Positions 47,785 through 59,621 of a DNA stretch of 64,000 bases are shown piece after piece (position 1 is the stretch's first letter; every line of letters begins with the position of its first letter). This DNA is from Schizochytrium sp. TIO01 (taxonomy: Eukaryota; Protista; Bigyra: Labyrinthulomycetes). The stretch is taken from the NCBI GenBank assembly GCA_004764695.1, contig SMSO01000007.1, forward strand, positions 1,619,270-1,683,269, written 5' to 3'. A program made the position numbers and the translations under genes. A model generated the notes under the pieces. That model had not been told where the DNA came from. It was given only the letters and a program-made list of their open reading frames with translations, and searched no databases.

Positions 47785-50439
47785 ATCTATGCGAAGCGTA
47801 GCTGGCACATACCCACAGTGAGGTGGTGTTGTCTATGTTGTCCAAAGTTCAAGTTGTTGAATTTTATACCTAATTATTTTTAATTAGGATATTTAACTTA
47901 TCTTTTTTTTTTTTTTTAATTTCAAAAAGGAGGCTTTCCTGTGAGGCTAAAAGGAGCATTGAGTGACAGATAAAATACAGCATTTTCAAACAAGGTGTAT
48001 AAAAAGCACTGAGTGCGATGTACGTATGTCACGGTAGCGATGAAAGAAAAGTGGAATTTAAATGAATAGGGATGTTTGTTTCTGTTTCCTTACTGTTTAG
48101 GGGTTTAGCTTTTGAAGCCTTTTCTTTAAACAGTCTACAGAGCTAAGTACATTATTTCTGAAGGAATAAAAGAAGTAAAAGAGAGCAGCAAATGGTATGA
48201 AAGAGTTTATTTATCTTTCCTTTTGTGTTCGCGCGCGCTTCTTTCGTGCCTCCTTCCAATGTCTGTGCAGTCGTTCCACTTGTTCTCTGAGGTGTTCTAG
48301 CGTGGAAAGAGTCGGCGACTGGGGATAGACGGAAAGCTAGTGTCTCCTTTTAAACGTACTGTGGGAAGCCCCTTTGAATCCTCTCATTGACGTCGCGGTG
48401 CGGGGAAAAGGCCAGCCTTGTAAAGGCCCATACTTCGCTCCAGATCTCAACTCGTGGAAGCGCTGAGGGGGATGTGGGAGGATGTGGGGAGAAAATTTGC
48501 ACAATTGAGCTGACCGCGAGGGGCGCGCGACGAGCGAATTCAAGAATTTTGATATAAGAGGAAAACACTTCCTCACAGAACACTGAGAGGATTTAGCTCC
48601 AGTGGCGATGGGAGGAGAAAATCAGGTGGTGGGTCAGTGGGGCCTGGTCTATTCCTCACGGAGGAAATCAAATGCGAACACTTTCCCCGAATCAAGCTCG
48701 CACTCGTAGGAGTACTTTTACCTATTTACTTTTCACAACTGGAGTTTTAAAGAATTAAAGTAAACATGGTAATGAATAAACAAAAGAAATATGGTACTGC
48801 TTCTTTTACTTTTAATTAAAAAATACAATTAAAATTAAAAAAACAAGAAACAAAGAAAAATGACAAATGTATGAAAAAGATCACTTGGAAAGGCCAGAAA
48901 CGAAGTCTCTGCAGCGTCTAAAACGAAGCGAGCAAACCGACCTGATCGAGGCGAAGATTGCTGGATATATGCACAAGAACCTCGGGAAAAGGCTTGGCCA
49001 AGGCATAGTTACCAGAAGAGGCACTATCCTGGGCTTTCTCCCTCCAGCTTGAACGACATGGCCGAGGGGAGTTTCGCTTTCCTCAGAGGCTTCTTATCTG
49101 GGACCTTGCGGTGATCCCGAACATTTGGGTGTGTACCACAGTAGTAGTATGTTATAGAGGACCTAGGTAGATTGTACCTACCTACTATCGCTTTGTGGGA
49201 GCAACCGAAGAATGCGACCATTTTGCAAAAACGAACTTCTCGAGCATGGACTGGAGATGCGCATTTTCAGAGCTGCTGAATATGGAACAGGACATGCAAC
49301 TGAAGATGATATTCTGATGAGGTGGAGAAGCTTGACTCGATAGGCAGGATCTCCAATGCAAACTTGGTAAAGTGGGCTCTCGATGGAACAGATCAGCTGT
49401 GGTACCTAACCATGTTGTACGTGCTGCCACAGTTTCATATATAAGTTCAGAAATTATGGGTCAATGATAGACACTCACGGACTGGTGTTGAGGTGGGCGA
49501 CGATCGGGCTTTACTAATCATAGAAATGTAGAATCGGATTATGAAGAATAAATATGGATCGACGTCCACAGATTAAGGATCAGAATACTTTCTATGGTGC
49601 ATTCTTCGGTGATGGATGAAATAAGGCCCAGTCGCGGCCCAGAAAAGAATAGCAGTTTTATGAAGTCCCCTGAAACTACGACTGTTTGGGCGGGCTTATC
49701 GCCAAGAATCTCACTAGTGCACTGGCCATTTCAATCGCTCAAGCGAAGCTACCTGACTCGCGTTGCCCGCCTGGATGAATGGGAATGCTAGGAGGAACAA
49801 TAGAACTATCAAATGATAACGGTTGCGGTCAATACACAATATTGATTCAGCTATGATTACAAAGAAATTTGGAATGCATGAGAAGACTTAAGAAGGCATT
49901 GTATACTTAGGCTACTAGAGCAAGCGATCTGCTGACATTGGACATTGAACATCCAGGTAGGCTGCTTCATATTCTAGTTAGGATACCAAGATAGACCCTA
50001 TCTCCATTGCACAGCACTCAAGGGGGGTTAGGTTATCTTATCTCCTCTACCTTTAATTCAGGGTTTCCCCTTAAATATTCTCTTGATCAGTATTGAAGTA
50101 GTATACAGCTAAGTGTCCTCTGCGCCCTCTACTACACAAGCTAATCTGCGATAATCAGGTAGTGCGCATTCACTCTTGAGTTCCCTTGACCTCACTTCTT
50201 CCTGCTTCATAGTCACATTTTTGTCATATACAAGTCTTCATACGACTTGTATTACTAGTGTGCAAGGACGGTGGTGATGTTTTATAAACATGACCCGCCA
50301 ATCGGAAGTTTCGATATTATTCTGAAAATTCTAGTATGACGTATTGCCGGATGCATTAGGTTTATAGCGCAAGTATAATGGTGTAAAGAGTATGCCATAA
50401 AATAGTCTTATCTGGCCTTAGCCTTGAATTGCTCGTGAT

Positions 50440-53400
50440 CTAAGCATGTTCACTCCCCTCTTGAGCACTCCATAAAGCTGCATAGGCGCCATCATTCTTG
50501 GCAAGAAGCTCTTTATGAGTACCCTGTTCGACAGGAACTCCATTAGAGAAAACAACAATCTTGTCAGCATTCTGAATCGTAGTGAGTCGATGAGCAACTA
50601 CGAGAGTTGTAGCCTTTAAATCGTTGATCATTGTATCAAGAGTCTCCTGTACAATACGTTGAGACTCATTGTCCAAAGCGCTTGTAGCCTCATCAAGTAG
50701 CAAAATTTTGGGACGGCGCATTAAGCATCGTGCCAAGCAAATCCGCTGTCGCTGCCCACCACTCAGCTGGCTGCCTTGAGGACCAACATCGGTCTCGTAA
50801 CCTTGAGGGAACTGCATGATAAAGTCATGAGCATTAGACTTCTTGGCAGCAGCTTCTACCATCTCCTGCGTGACAACAATGTCTCGTCCATTAGCATCTG
50901 GCCCAGCCGGGATACCATAGGCAATGTTTTCAAACACTGTGGTGGCAAAAAGCTGGCCTTCTTGCTGTACATATCCAATTTGTTGGCGTAACCACGGCAC
51001 GTAGGCTTCTTTAGTTTCTACACCCCGGATTTTCACGGATCCGCCTGACGCATCATAGAAGCGTTCCACTAAACTAATGCAAGTGGACTTGCCAGAACCA
51101 GATGCGCCAACTAGGGCCACAGTTGTACCGCCCTTGATGTGCAAGGTCATGTTATCATAAATGAGAGCATCGGGACGGCTTGGATAGGCAAAGGACACTC
51201 CATCAAATGTGATGTCGTCTGAAACAGCCGAATCTTCTTTGAGACCAGATTGATCCTCCGGGTCGATTTTGGACTTGCGGTCGAGAACGCGGAATACATT
51301 GTTGATACCTACACTAGCCTTAGCAAGATCCGGTGCCATCGCAGCAGACTGACCCATACCGAAGCCCACCATGAAGATCACCATGATCGAAGTGAATACA
51401 TCCACAAAGGAGTAGCCTTTGTACACAATGAGGCGGGCTGCATAGAAGAACGCAACAGAATATACAGAAAAGGTAACAGCCTGGGAAAAGCCAAAGCCAA
51501 AGCCAGCACTGATACCTTTCTTAACGCCCAGCTGGGAGGGGCCCACAAGGAATTCATCGTACAAATCAACAATCCAAGTACGTAGGTTAAATGCGGTGAC
51601 TGTACGTACACCATAAATAGCCTCGGTAAGGACTTGACTGGCAACAGACAGGGCTTTCTCGTCCTCCTTGGCGAGACCACTCATGATCATTGTTTGCATC
51701 GCTCCACCTACAATGACCAGAGGCAACATAGCCATCATGACAAGAGTAAGCTGCCAGCAGTAGAAAAAAGAGATCACGGTGCCAGCTACAATTGTCACAA
51801 AGTTCATCACAGCAAGTCCAAGGCGATTCGTAATACTGGCCTTGACCACAGATGCATCAGAAGCAAGCTTAGAAGTCAGCCCTCCAATGCTATTCGTGCG
51901 ATCATCATAGAAGCCTATTTCCTGGCGCAGTAATGTCTGAAAGAGCTCCGCGCGAATTCGCGTTGTCATACGTTCTCCAATGATTCCAAAATAACTAAAT
52001 TGGGCCCAATAGCCAATCGCTGTATCTATACCTAGACCAATAAAGCAGAAGATGTACGTGTGTGACTTCTCCGTCACAAGCTCTTGTGACGGAAAGAAAT
52101 AGACAGTTGCAATGCCTGAAAAAATGACGCCATAAACAGGCATAATAGCACCGCTGACTAATGCTGACAAGATAGCAGGAATATAAAGTAGCTTGTCAGG
52201 CTTGCTATATTCAAAGAGACGACCCGTCGAAACCTTGTAAAGGTCTTCCTTATCCTTCTTTTTTTTCTTCCCAAAGCAGCCGCCATTAGAGCTTTCATCT
52301 TCCTCTTCAAGTTCATTCTCAGAATCTCGGACATCTTTGTATGACGCAGTGGAAGGAATTGGAGAAGCCGATAGTGTGCACTTGGAGATCGCTGGCTCAC
52401 TTTATGGGACATTGTACTCCCTCTTGGAGACCATGATTCTTCAGGGTTCGAAGCACTGCTTATGTGAGATCCAAACGAACTTGCAATTCTTCGTCCTGTT
52501 CCATAATCTCTTCGATGCCGATTTCATCAGTGTGGTGGTCATCGTGTCCCTGAGATCTGCTAGCCGCGGCGACCAGCGCAGAGTACATACCATCTATTTT
52601 CATGAGCTCAGAGTGGGAACCTTGCTCCAAAACTCCACCAGCGTTTGCACCGAGGACAACAATCTTATCTGCCGTGCGGACAGTTGACAGACGATGGGCA
52701 ATAACAACAGTCGTCCGACGGCGCTTCTTAAGAAGATTATCAAGAGCTCGCTGTACAGTGCGTTCGGACTTGGAGTCAAGAGCTGAGGTGGCCTCATCAA
52801 GAATAAGCGTGTTGGGGTCACGGATGATGGCGCGTGCAATAGCAATTCGCTGCTTCTGGCCACCTGAAAGCGAAGATCCGCGCTCACCAACGAAGGTGTC
52901 AAAACCTTCAGGCAAGTCTTTGATGAAATCATAGGCATTTGCGGCGCGTGCAGCGTCCTCAATCATTTGACGCGTAACAGTAACACCAGGTGCAGCACCT
53001 TGAGCGATGTTTTGCGCCACAGAGGTGGCGAAGAGCACAGGTTCTTGGCCAACCAGACCTATCTGTGCACGGAGAGAGGCAACGTTGAATTCTCGGATGT
53101 CCCGACCATCAAGAAGTACTCTGCCAGCTTCAGGATCGTAAAAACGCATCATAAGCTGGGTCACTGTACTCTTCCCGCAGCCGGAACCCCCAACAAGAGC
53201 AGTGGTTTTATTCGGTTCAATGTCAAGGTTTAGACTCTTGAAAATTATTACCTCTCGACGGGCAGGATAGCGAAACGTGACATCATCGAAACGGTAGTAG
53301 CCAACAAGTTTGCTACTCTCCACTTCTGCGCCAGAGGTACCACTTGAATTAATTTCAGGTTCACGGTCAATAACCTGAAAGATCTTACCAGCGGCAGCGC

Positions 53401-54838
53401 GAGCATTAGTAAAGGACGACAAGCTTGGGGCAGCTTGCCCAATCGACATCGAGCCAATGATGATGGACCAAAAGCAAGCAAGGATGTCTCCCCCGGTGAT
53501 GCAGCTTCCAGAACCATCAGAATAGTTGCAACCACAATTACAAACAGTACATGAACAGACATCAGCCGGATTATTAAGTGTGAAAGAGTCGAGATAACTG
53601 GAGAACTGGCAACCCAGCGCGGTACCTTCTCTATAGCTCATAGACACACCAACCTGACAGTACTTCTGGAATACAGGATCCACACGCGACGCATCGTACG
53701 GATACTGTGCAGCAGCACTATCTTGGTCATCAAATACGATCTTGGTACCAAACCAGAACGCAAGCGCATAGCAAAGGAAGTATACACCAAAAGTGAAGCC
53801 CATGCCTATTCCTTGGGCATAAGACTTGCGAATACCTGCAAGTTCCGCACGGTCGAGCTCTTTGGTATAACGAGCAACAGTACGCCTCTCAATTGAATAT
53901 GACTGCACAGATCGAATAAGGGAGAATGCTTCCTCGGCTACAGCTCCTGCACGTGCGTAGGCCCCAAGGCTACTGCTTGTTGCCTCTGACATAAGCTTCA
54001 CCATCATAAAGCCGCCAAAGGCAACGAGAGGAGACACGGCCAAAACGACAAGGGTTAATTTCCAGCTGTTGACGAGAGCTATGATAAGGCCACCCAAAAA
54101 CATCGCAGCGAATTGAACACCCGCTCCGAGCTTCTCGCCAAGACCCTCACGTATGATAACTGTATTTTCAGCGATTTTGCTTGATAATTCACCAGGGTTG
54201 GATGTGTCAAACCAGCTGATTTCTTGACGCAGAATGGACGCCAAGTACAGCTTGCGGATGCGAAGAGTCATGCGCTCACTCATTATCGTAAAGAAAGCAA
54301 CCTGTCCAAAACCGCAGACAAAGCATGCTGCCATAAGATAGGCAAAAATCTTCGAATATTTGTCCCCTGCGGCAAGGATATCACCTCCGTTGAAATCATC
54401 TAAGAGGCCTCCAAGAATCAGCGAAAATACTGGAAATAATACACCAGTTCCACAAGCACAAATGGTGCCGGCTATCATAAGGGTTATATCAGTGCAATCT
54501 GAATACTTAAAGAGGCCTGAAATGGAGACAGGAGGTGCATCTTTCTCCTGCATGCCCTCAGCATCTTCATTTTTCCCTTTTCCAAAAAGCATCCTGAAGA
54601 ACCAGTATTTATCATCATCCTCAACATCATCCATTGATTTCCGTTGCACGGGTTTAGTGGTCTTAGTGGTCATGTCCAAAATAATCTCATCCCTGGTAGA
54701 GTTTGCTTGCGAATTGCTCACATCTACATTAGTCGCAACAATTGTACTATGTACATTGCCGGGAGTTAGAGATGTCGGCATACCAACTGTAGGCACTGCT
54801 GATGCAGTGCCATCATTGTCTTTATCAGTATGAATCAT
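50440..54838 (-). CDS. ABCB1: Full-length ABCB1/MDR-type P-glycoprotein (TMD-NBD-TMD-NBD), reading frame interrupted in the linker at ~52381-52486
   Basis: NBD1 GGSGCGKST, LSGGQKQRIAIARA, ILDEATSALD; NBD2 GASGSGKST, LSGGQRQRI, LLDEATSALD; TMD motifs LRQEISWFD and LRQEIGFYD. The two halves are in different frames; the second frame is open upstream to ~52402 (…DLYKVSTGRLFEYSKPD). The symbol denotes family, not proven orthology. Confidence 0.9.
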
Positions 54839-55928
54839 TGCGATAGCAAGCAAGCAAGTTTTCGAAGTTTGAGGTTTGTTTTGATGTCAAGAGACTTCAC
54901 AAAGCAAACACGTCCGATCAAAATATGATCAAGCCTTTCAAATATGGGATATTTTGTGACCATGTCTTAGATTTGACAAGAACTACATTGAGCCTGCGTC
55001 ATAAACTGCTTCAATATGATGCCCTTAACTTTGTTGGGTACAACACACGCCTCAACTGAAGTAGCAAAAGCAATTAATCAACGAAGGTAGGATAAGTATT
55101 GGTAGCAAAGTACTGCAGAGACAATCAAATGTTAACTTTTATCGCAGTTTCATCACGCCATAAGTGTCTCAACTATGATGGTCATGTCTCGTTAAGCCAC
55201 CCTCACACTGTATAACATGAGGAGAGGAACTCACTCGGATCTGGCACGGAATGCCCGGTCAATCCTTCCAGGATTGCATCCCTCTTGCGTCATAAATGCC
55301 TAGAATATGATGAATGTTTTCTTCTTGTTAAATCTCACCACCACCCTCACTGGAATGACCTAATCAGTATTGACGGTTACCACTGCTGCTCCATCAGCAT
55401 GCTGTTGCTTTCGACGTCAAAAATGTCTGCACGATGACGGCTAGTGAGGTCTCCTCAATGAAGACTGCGCTGGGAATGTATCGGGAACAAACCTTAGAGA
55501 AGTTTGTCCACAAAGTGCATTGTGGCAATAAAGCTAGTGCGCTAATCCTGCTCATACTTATCACGGCTTTGAAGGCGTTCAGAGACCTCAATGAATGCAC
55601 AAAGTTGATTATGAAACCTGTTCTCTCATACACTTCTATTCTTCTATTACCTACCTAGCAGGAAGTATTAAGAAAGAATGCTTTCAAAAGTGTTTTCTTT
55701 TGAACAGATGGGTATATGAAGGCTAACGCTCGATGTTCCCTGTGCAAATATACTATAACTATTCTCTGGGTAACAACAAATCGAGATTCGCTTGATTCTT
55801 TATGAAACAGGCGTGGTTCTCATCAGTAGTACCATCTGAGCCGCTCATAAGCCCTTCAAGGCTGTTCTGCTGCTGTTCTCAACAAACTTTCGTACCACTT
55901 ATACACTATTTACTTACTCAAACCTAAC

Positions 55929-56113
55929 TGTTCTGTTCTACTGGTGGAACCTATTTTACTTTTTGGCCTAACACCAATGCTTTAATGGATGTTCTGTTCT
56001 ACTTGTAGAACAGTTTTACTACTAAGTCCCTAATTAATTACTTACTTTCGTGTTCTGTTCTTCACCCTTATTTATTAAAAAACAATGTTCTGTACTAGTA
56101 GTACTTAGGGACT
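55929..56113. repeat. Degenerate ~61-bp-period repeats with internal palindromes
   Basis: TGTTCTGTTCT at 55929, 55990 and 56051; GTTCTAC-TT-GTAGAAC hairpin in copy 2; AGTCCCTAA/TTAGGGACT inverted pair. Confidence 0.55.
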
Positions 56114-57297
56114 CTGCAAAGCTTCATCATCTAGACGGCTGAAGGCTGTTTTCAACCCAAACATGGCTACTTTATTATGCAGCGAATGATACTGTTGCTT
56201 TCATCTCAGAACCTTGAACTTTCAAGATGTTCATTTACCGTCTTCGTAACAAATCGGTAAATGAACGTAACAAATACTGATAATTGAAGATACGAATGCA
56301 ATGCACACTTCAGATCGTGGGTTTCCCCATCCGACTATTGAAAAGCGAAGTAGCTAGAAAAAGACAAGAATCTATGGCTTTAAAATACATTTAGTTATTT
56401 CTACTTGTGAGAACAAGTTGGGATATGGCAACCAAACCATGCAAATGACACTTTAAATGCACTTGACAGATCTTGACCTGGCTCGTGCGTTTGATACAAG
56501 TGACTAGCCAGAGCCATGTGCTTCAAGTTGCTTGAGTTAACAGTAAATTATAAAACTCTGCAAGGAGGCCTCAGAGTTGGACGACTCGGAAGACAACTTA
56601 GCATCTGTTCTGCTCAGTAGTACCTGCTGGAACGCAAGGAGTCCTTCGCAGTTCCCTAAAAGAGATGAAAAGTTGAAGACAGTGTGGAAGTCGCTGCACT
56701 GTGCCAGATGTACAGAAAAAAACAGCACAATCTCTTCTTCACCACGTTTGTTTGTAAAGGTTGAAATGGTTATGATTTTCAACAAATACATTCGAACGCG
56801 AAAATGAATATGAAAAGTCTCTTGAGCTTTAACAACTTCCTTTAAGTTGGTTAAGAGGTTGTACCACAGAAGATTTACAAGGGTGTATTGCCTCGTTCAC
56901 GGATCCAAAACAATGCTCACCATGGTATGTGAAGTTGTTCTTGGTGTGCGACCATGGCGGTCACGGAGGTGATGCTTTTGCTGACAACCTAAACCTTATT
57001 CCTCCCTCGAGTTTATGAAAAGTTTATGAAAAGAAGAGAAAATTGAAGATCTGGGAATTGCACTATTCGAAGAAGAAAGCAATATCATAACTGGGGGACT
57101 CAGGTCTGCAATTGGGGTGACGTGCCTGCTGTGCGCCGACGCGTCCCGCGACTGCGCGCGTCGCTATCATAGTTTCCTACGCCGCAAACCTGTCGGTCTG
57201 GTAGGTAGCTGAGTCAGGTGAAAGGTCACACCGCCTTTCGCAGTACATGCACGAAGGGACGAAAAATAGTCTCATCTTCGCTTTGTAAAGAAGAGCC

Positions 57298-58059
57298 ATG
57301 GCCAAGCTCGTAGCGATTCTGAGCGCAGATGCGCCTGCAGCATGGCAGCGTGCTGGTTTTGCTTTACGGGCAGAGCCTGTACCTCAATTTCTTGCTGAAA
57401 AAGGCTGCACTGCATGGTTGACGTTACCTACGCTAAAGGAAAACCTTGCAGTGGGCCTTGTTGCAAAGAATCATAGCCCAACGATCAATGTCGTGCACGA
57501 AAAGTCTGGAATCTTAGGATGGATCTGGAGCGGATCAGAGTTAAAAAGTGACATTGGAGCTTTTCCAACAACATTTGTGAATGAGAAAAATTGCAACTTC
57601 GAAGGCAGTCCTGAAACACACCCCAATGGCCTTATTGGCGTAGACCATATCGTCCTCAAAACTGCTGACATGCGAGCCACACTCGCTACTTTTGAAGCCC
57701 ATGGCGTGTCTGTGATTCGAGAGCGTAGCGATATCTACCCAGGCGTTCTGCAAGCTTTCCTGCGGCCGCAAAATGATACAATTATTGAGGTGGTCAGCTC
57801 TACGAAGGACCGAGTGGGCGGGAATACCATGGGTGGTATGCTGGACATTTCCAAAGAAGGAAATGAAGTATGGGGCCTCACACTGGTGTCAAAGGACATT
57901 GATAATACTGCAGATTTCTTGAGCCCCAATGTCAGCAAGATTCGCCAAGCTCAACAAAAAGGTCGAAAAATTGCCACTCTTCGCAACACGTCATTTGGGC
58001 TTCGTGTAGCTCTTGCCATTATGTCTCCGCACCTCAAAGCCGCTGATTCTAAATTATAG
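57298..58059 (+). CDS. Glyoxalase-like / VOC-fold protein (paralog 1)
   Basis: HPNGLIGVDHIVLKTADMRATLATFEAHG...QAFLR...IIEVV...WGLTLVSKDID: VOC beta-alpha-beta-beta-beta pattern with His and Glu metal-ligand positions. Intronless. Confidence 0.8.
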   Translation: MAKLVAILSADAPAAWQRAGFALRAEPVPQFLAEKGCTAWLTLPTLKENLAVGLVAKNHSPTINVVHEKSGILGWIWSGSELKSDIGAFPTTFVNEKNCNFEGSPETHPNGLIGVDHIVLKTADMRATLATFEAHGVSVIRERSDIYPGVLQAFLRPQNDTIIEVVSSTKDRVGGNTMGGMLDISKEGNEVWGLTLVSKDIDNTADFLSPNVSKIRQAQQKGRKIATLRNTSFGLRVALAIMSPHLKAADSKL

Positions 58060-58676
58060 GAGCCATGAATGTGATCTTTATTTTATTTTAACAACCACCT
58101 TCTTGTTCTTTACACTGAACTTGTTGCAGTCGATGCTATCAATCTATTAATTTTCTGCAAAAAAAACAAGCAAATCTCAATAAGAATCCAGTATTATCTC
58201 TTGATGTAGAACATCTGATATGGTTTTTTAATATCACGCTTCAAAGTCCCTTATTGCATCCAACCAAAAGATTATCTACTGTTTGTTGTTCATGTTGTAA
58301 CTCTGCTGTATCATTTATATGAACACCGGCAATTCTTTCATCTCCCATCACACGCTTTTGATATATAGTTTGTAGTTTCGATACCCTTTTCAACTGGTCA
58401 AGATTACCTTGGCAACAACGACAATATTTCTCATATGCTATCTTTTTCATTGCATATGTCTAGTGTGGACACCCCGAGTCTTGTATTTACAACATCTCGA
58501 GTCCGACACGACGTCCTTCATAAGAACTCCCTCTCTTTGTCCTCCTGTTTAGTTGGAAAAGAAATAAAGACCAACATGCCAAACCAAATTCAATGCCAAG
58601 AAGCTCCATTCTCTCGACGCGCAGCCTCTAGTATTCACCCGGCTAACCTTCCCGTGAAGAGAACTCTACGAAGAGA

Positions 58677-59498
58677 ATGGCTCGTCTAGTAGGACTGGCA
58701 AGCAGTGACAAGGCGACAGCATGGCAGAGTGCTGGGTTCACACTCTGCGAAGACCCAGTGCCATCGTTCTTACGAGCTTTAGGCTGCTCTGCATGGCTAA
58801 GAATTCCAACACAGTCTATGCAAATGGCAATAGGTATTGGAGCCCGAGATAACTCTGAAAAAGTGGTCGAGAATGGTCTAGTAGCATGGTTTTGGAGTGG
58901 AATTCCAAAACCCCACGGGGACAGTATCCGCATTGGTGAGATCAAAACAATTTTGGTCAGTGAAGATGAAGTTGCACGCAGTATGGGGAGTGATATGGCA
59001 CACGACATCCATGCTAATGGGCTTGTGCGAATTGATCAGGTCGTTGTTCATACTTCAAATCTGCGTAGTGTTCTGAGCTCCTTTGTGGACGTAGGTGTTA
59101 AGGTACTGCGTAAACGGTCAGACCTTTTCGCAGGTACTACTCAGGCTTTTCTCCGGCCTTCAGACGATGTCATCATTGAAGTAGCGGCACCTGATGAAGA
59201 TGCTCCAGATCAGCGTGTGGTAAAACATTTTGCAAAACATGCTAAGCTCACCCACTTATGGGGTTTCACACTCGTTACAAACGACATGAACGCCACTGTT
59301 GCAGCCCTGAGCCCAAACGTTGGAGAGATAATTAAGGCAAAGCAACCCGGCCGCTTTATCGCACATGTCAAGCATCAAGCCTTTGGTCTTCGAACACCAA
59401 TTCCAATTATGTCGCAGCATATCAAAATCAACCGAGGGACCGAAATTGAGGCGCCACCTCGTTCAAGAACCACATTATCAAATACTAGTAGGATTTAG
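58677..59498 (+). CDS. Glyoxalase-like / VOC-fold protein (paralog 2)
   Basis: Co-linear with paralog 1 (AWQSAGFTL..DPVPSFL; HANGLVRIDQVVVHTSNL; QAFLRP; IIEV; WGFTLV; AKQPGRFIA; FGLRTPIPIMS). Confidence 0.8.
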   Translation: MARLVGLASSDKATAWQSAGFTLCEDPVPSFLRALGCSAWLRIPTQSMQMAIGIGARDNSEKVVENGLVAWFWSGIPKPHGDSIRIGEIKTILVSEDEVARSMGSDMAHDIHANGLVRIDQVVVHTSNLRSVLSSFVDVGVKVLRKRSDLFAGTTQAFLRPSDDVIIEVAAPDEDAPDQRVVKHFAKHAKLTHLWGFTLVTNDMNATVAALSPNVGEIIKAKQPGRFIAHVKHQAFGLRTPIPIMSQHIKINRGTEIEAPPRSRTTLSNTSRI

Positions 59499-59621
59499 TT
59501 CATTTACAAAACAACACATATATTCGAACACTCGAAGCATTCGCGATCACTTAAAGCAGCATTGGCTGTAGCCTGAATTGTGAATGATATTAGACAATAT
59601 GGTAAAATACATTTTCGCCTA

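Noticed and set aside
48300-48720. GC-rich block as RNase MRP/P RNA (minus strand GGGGAAAG... and ...AAAGGGGCTT)
   Set aside because: The P4-forming GAAAGUCCCC segment is absent, so the pseudoknot pairing cannot be made; unsupported without a covariance search.
48867-49500. Possible second retroelement or pseudogene relic (RFVGATEECDHF)
   Set aside because: Similarity to a zinc-finger motif is too weak and the frames are heavily interrupted.
50440-52170. Second ABC half as an independent half-transporter gene
   Set aside because: No in-frame ATG upstream of its first TM helix, and the interval to the first half is linker-sized and linker-like, so one full-length gene is more likely.
55929-56063. 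Palindromic repeats with ~30-bp spacers as CRISPR-like
   Set aside because: Only 2-3 poorly conserved copies and no cas genes.
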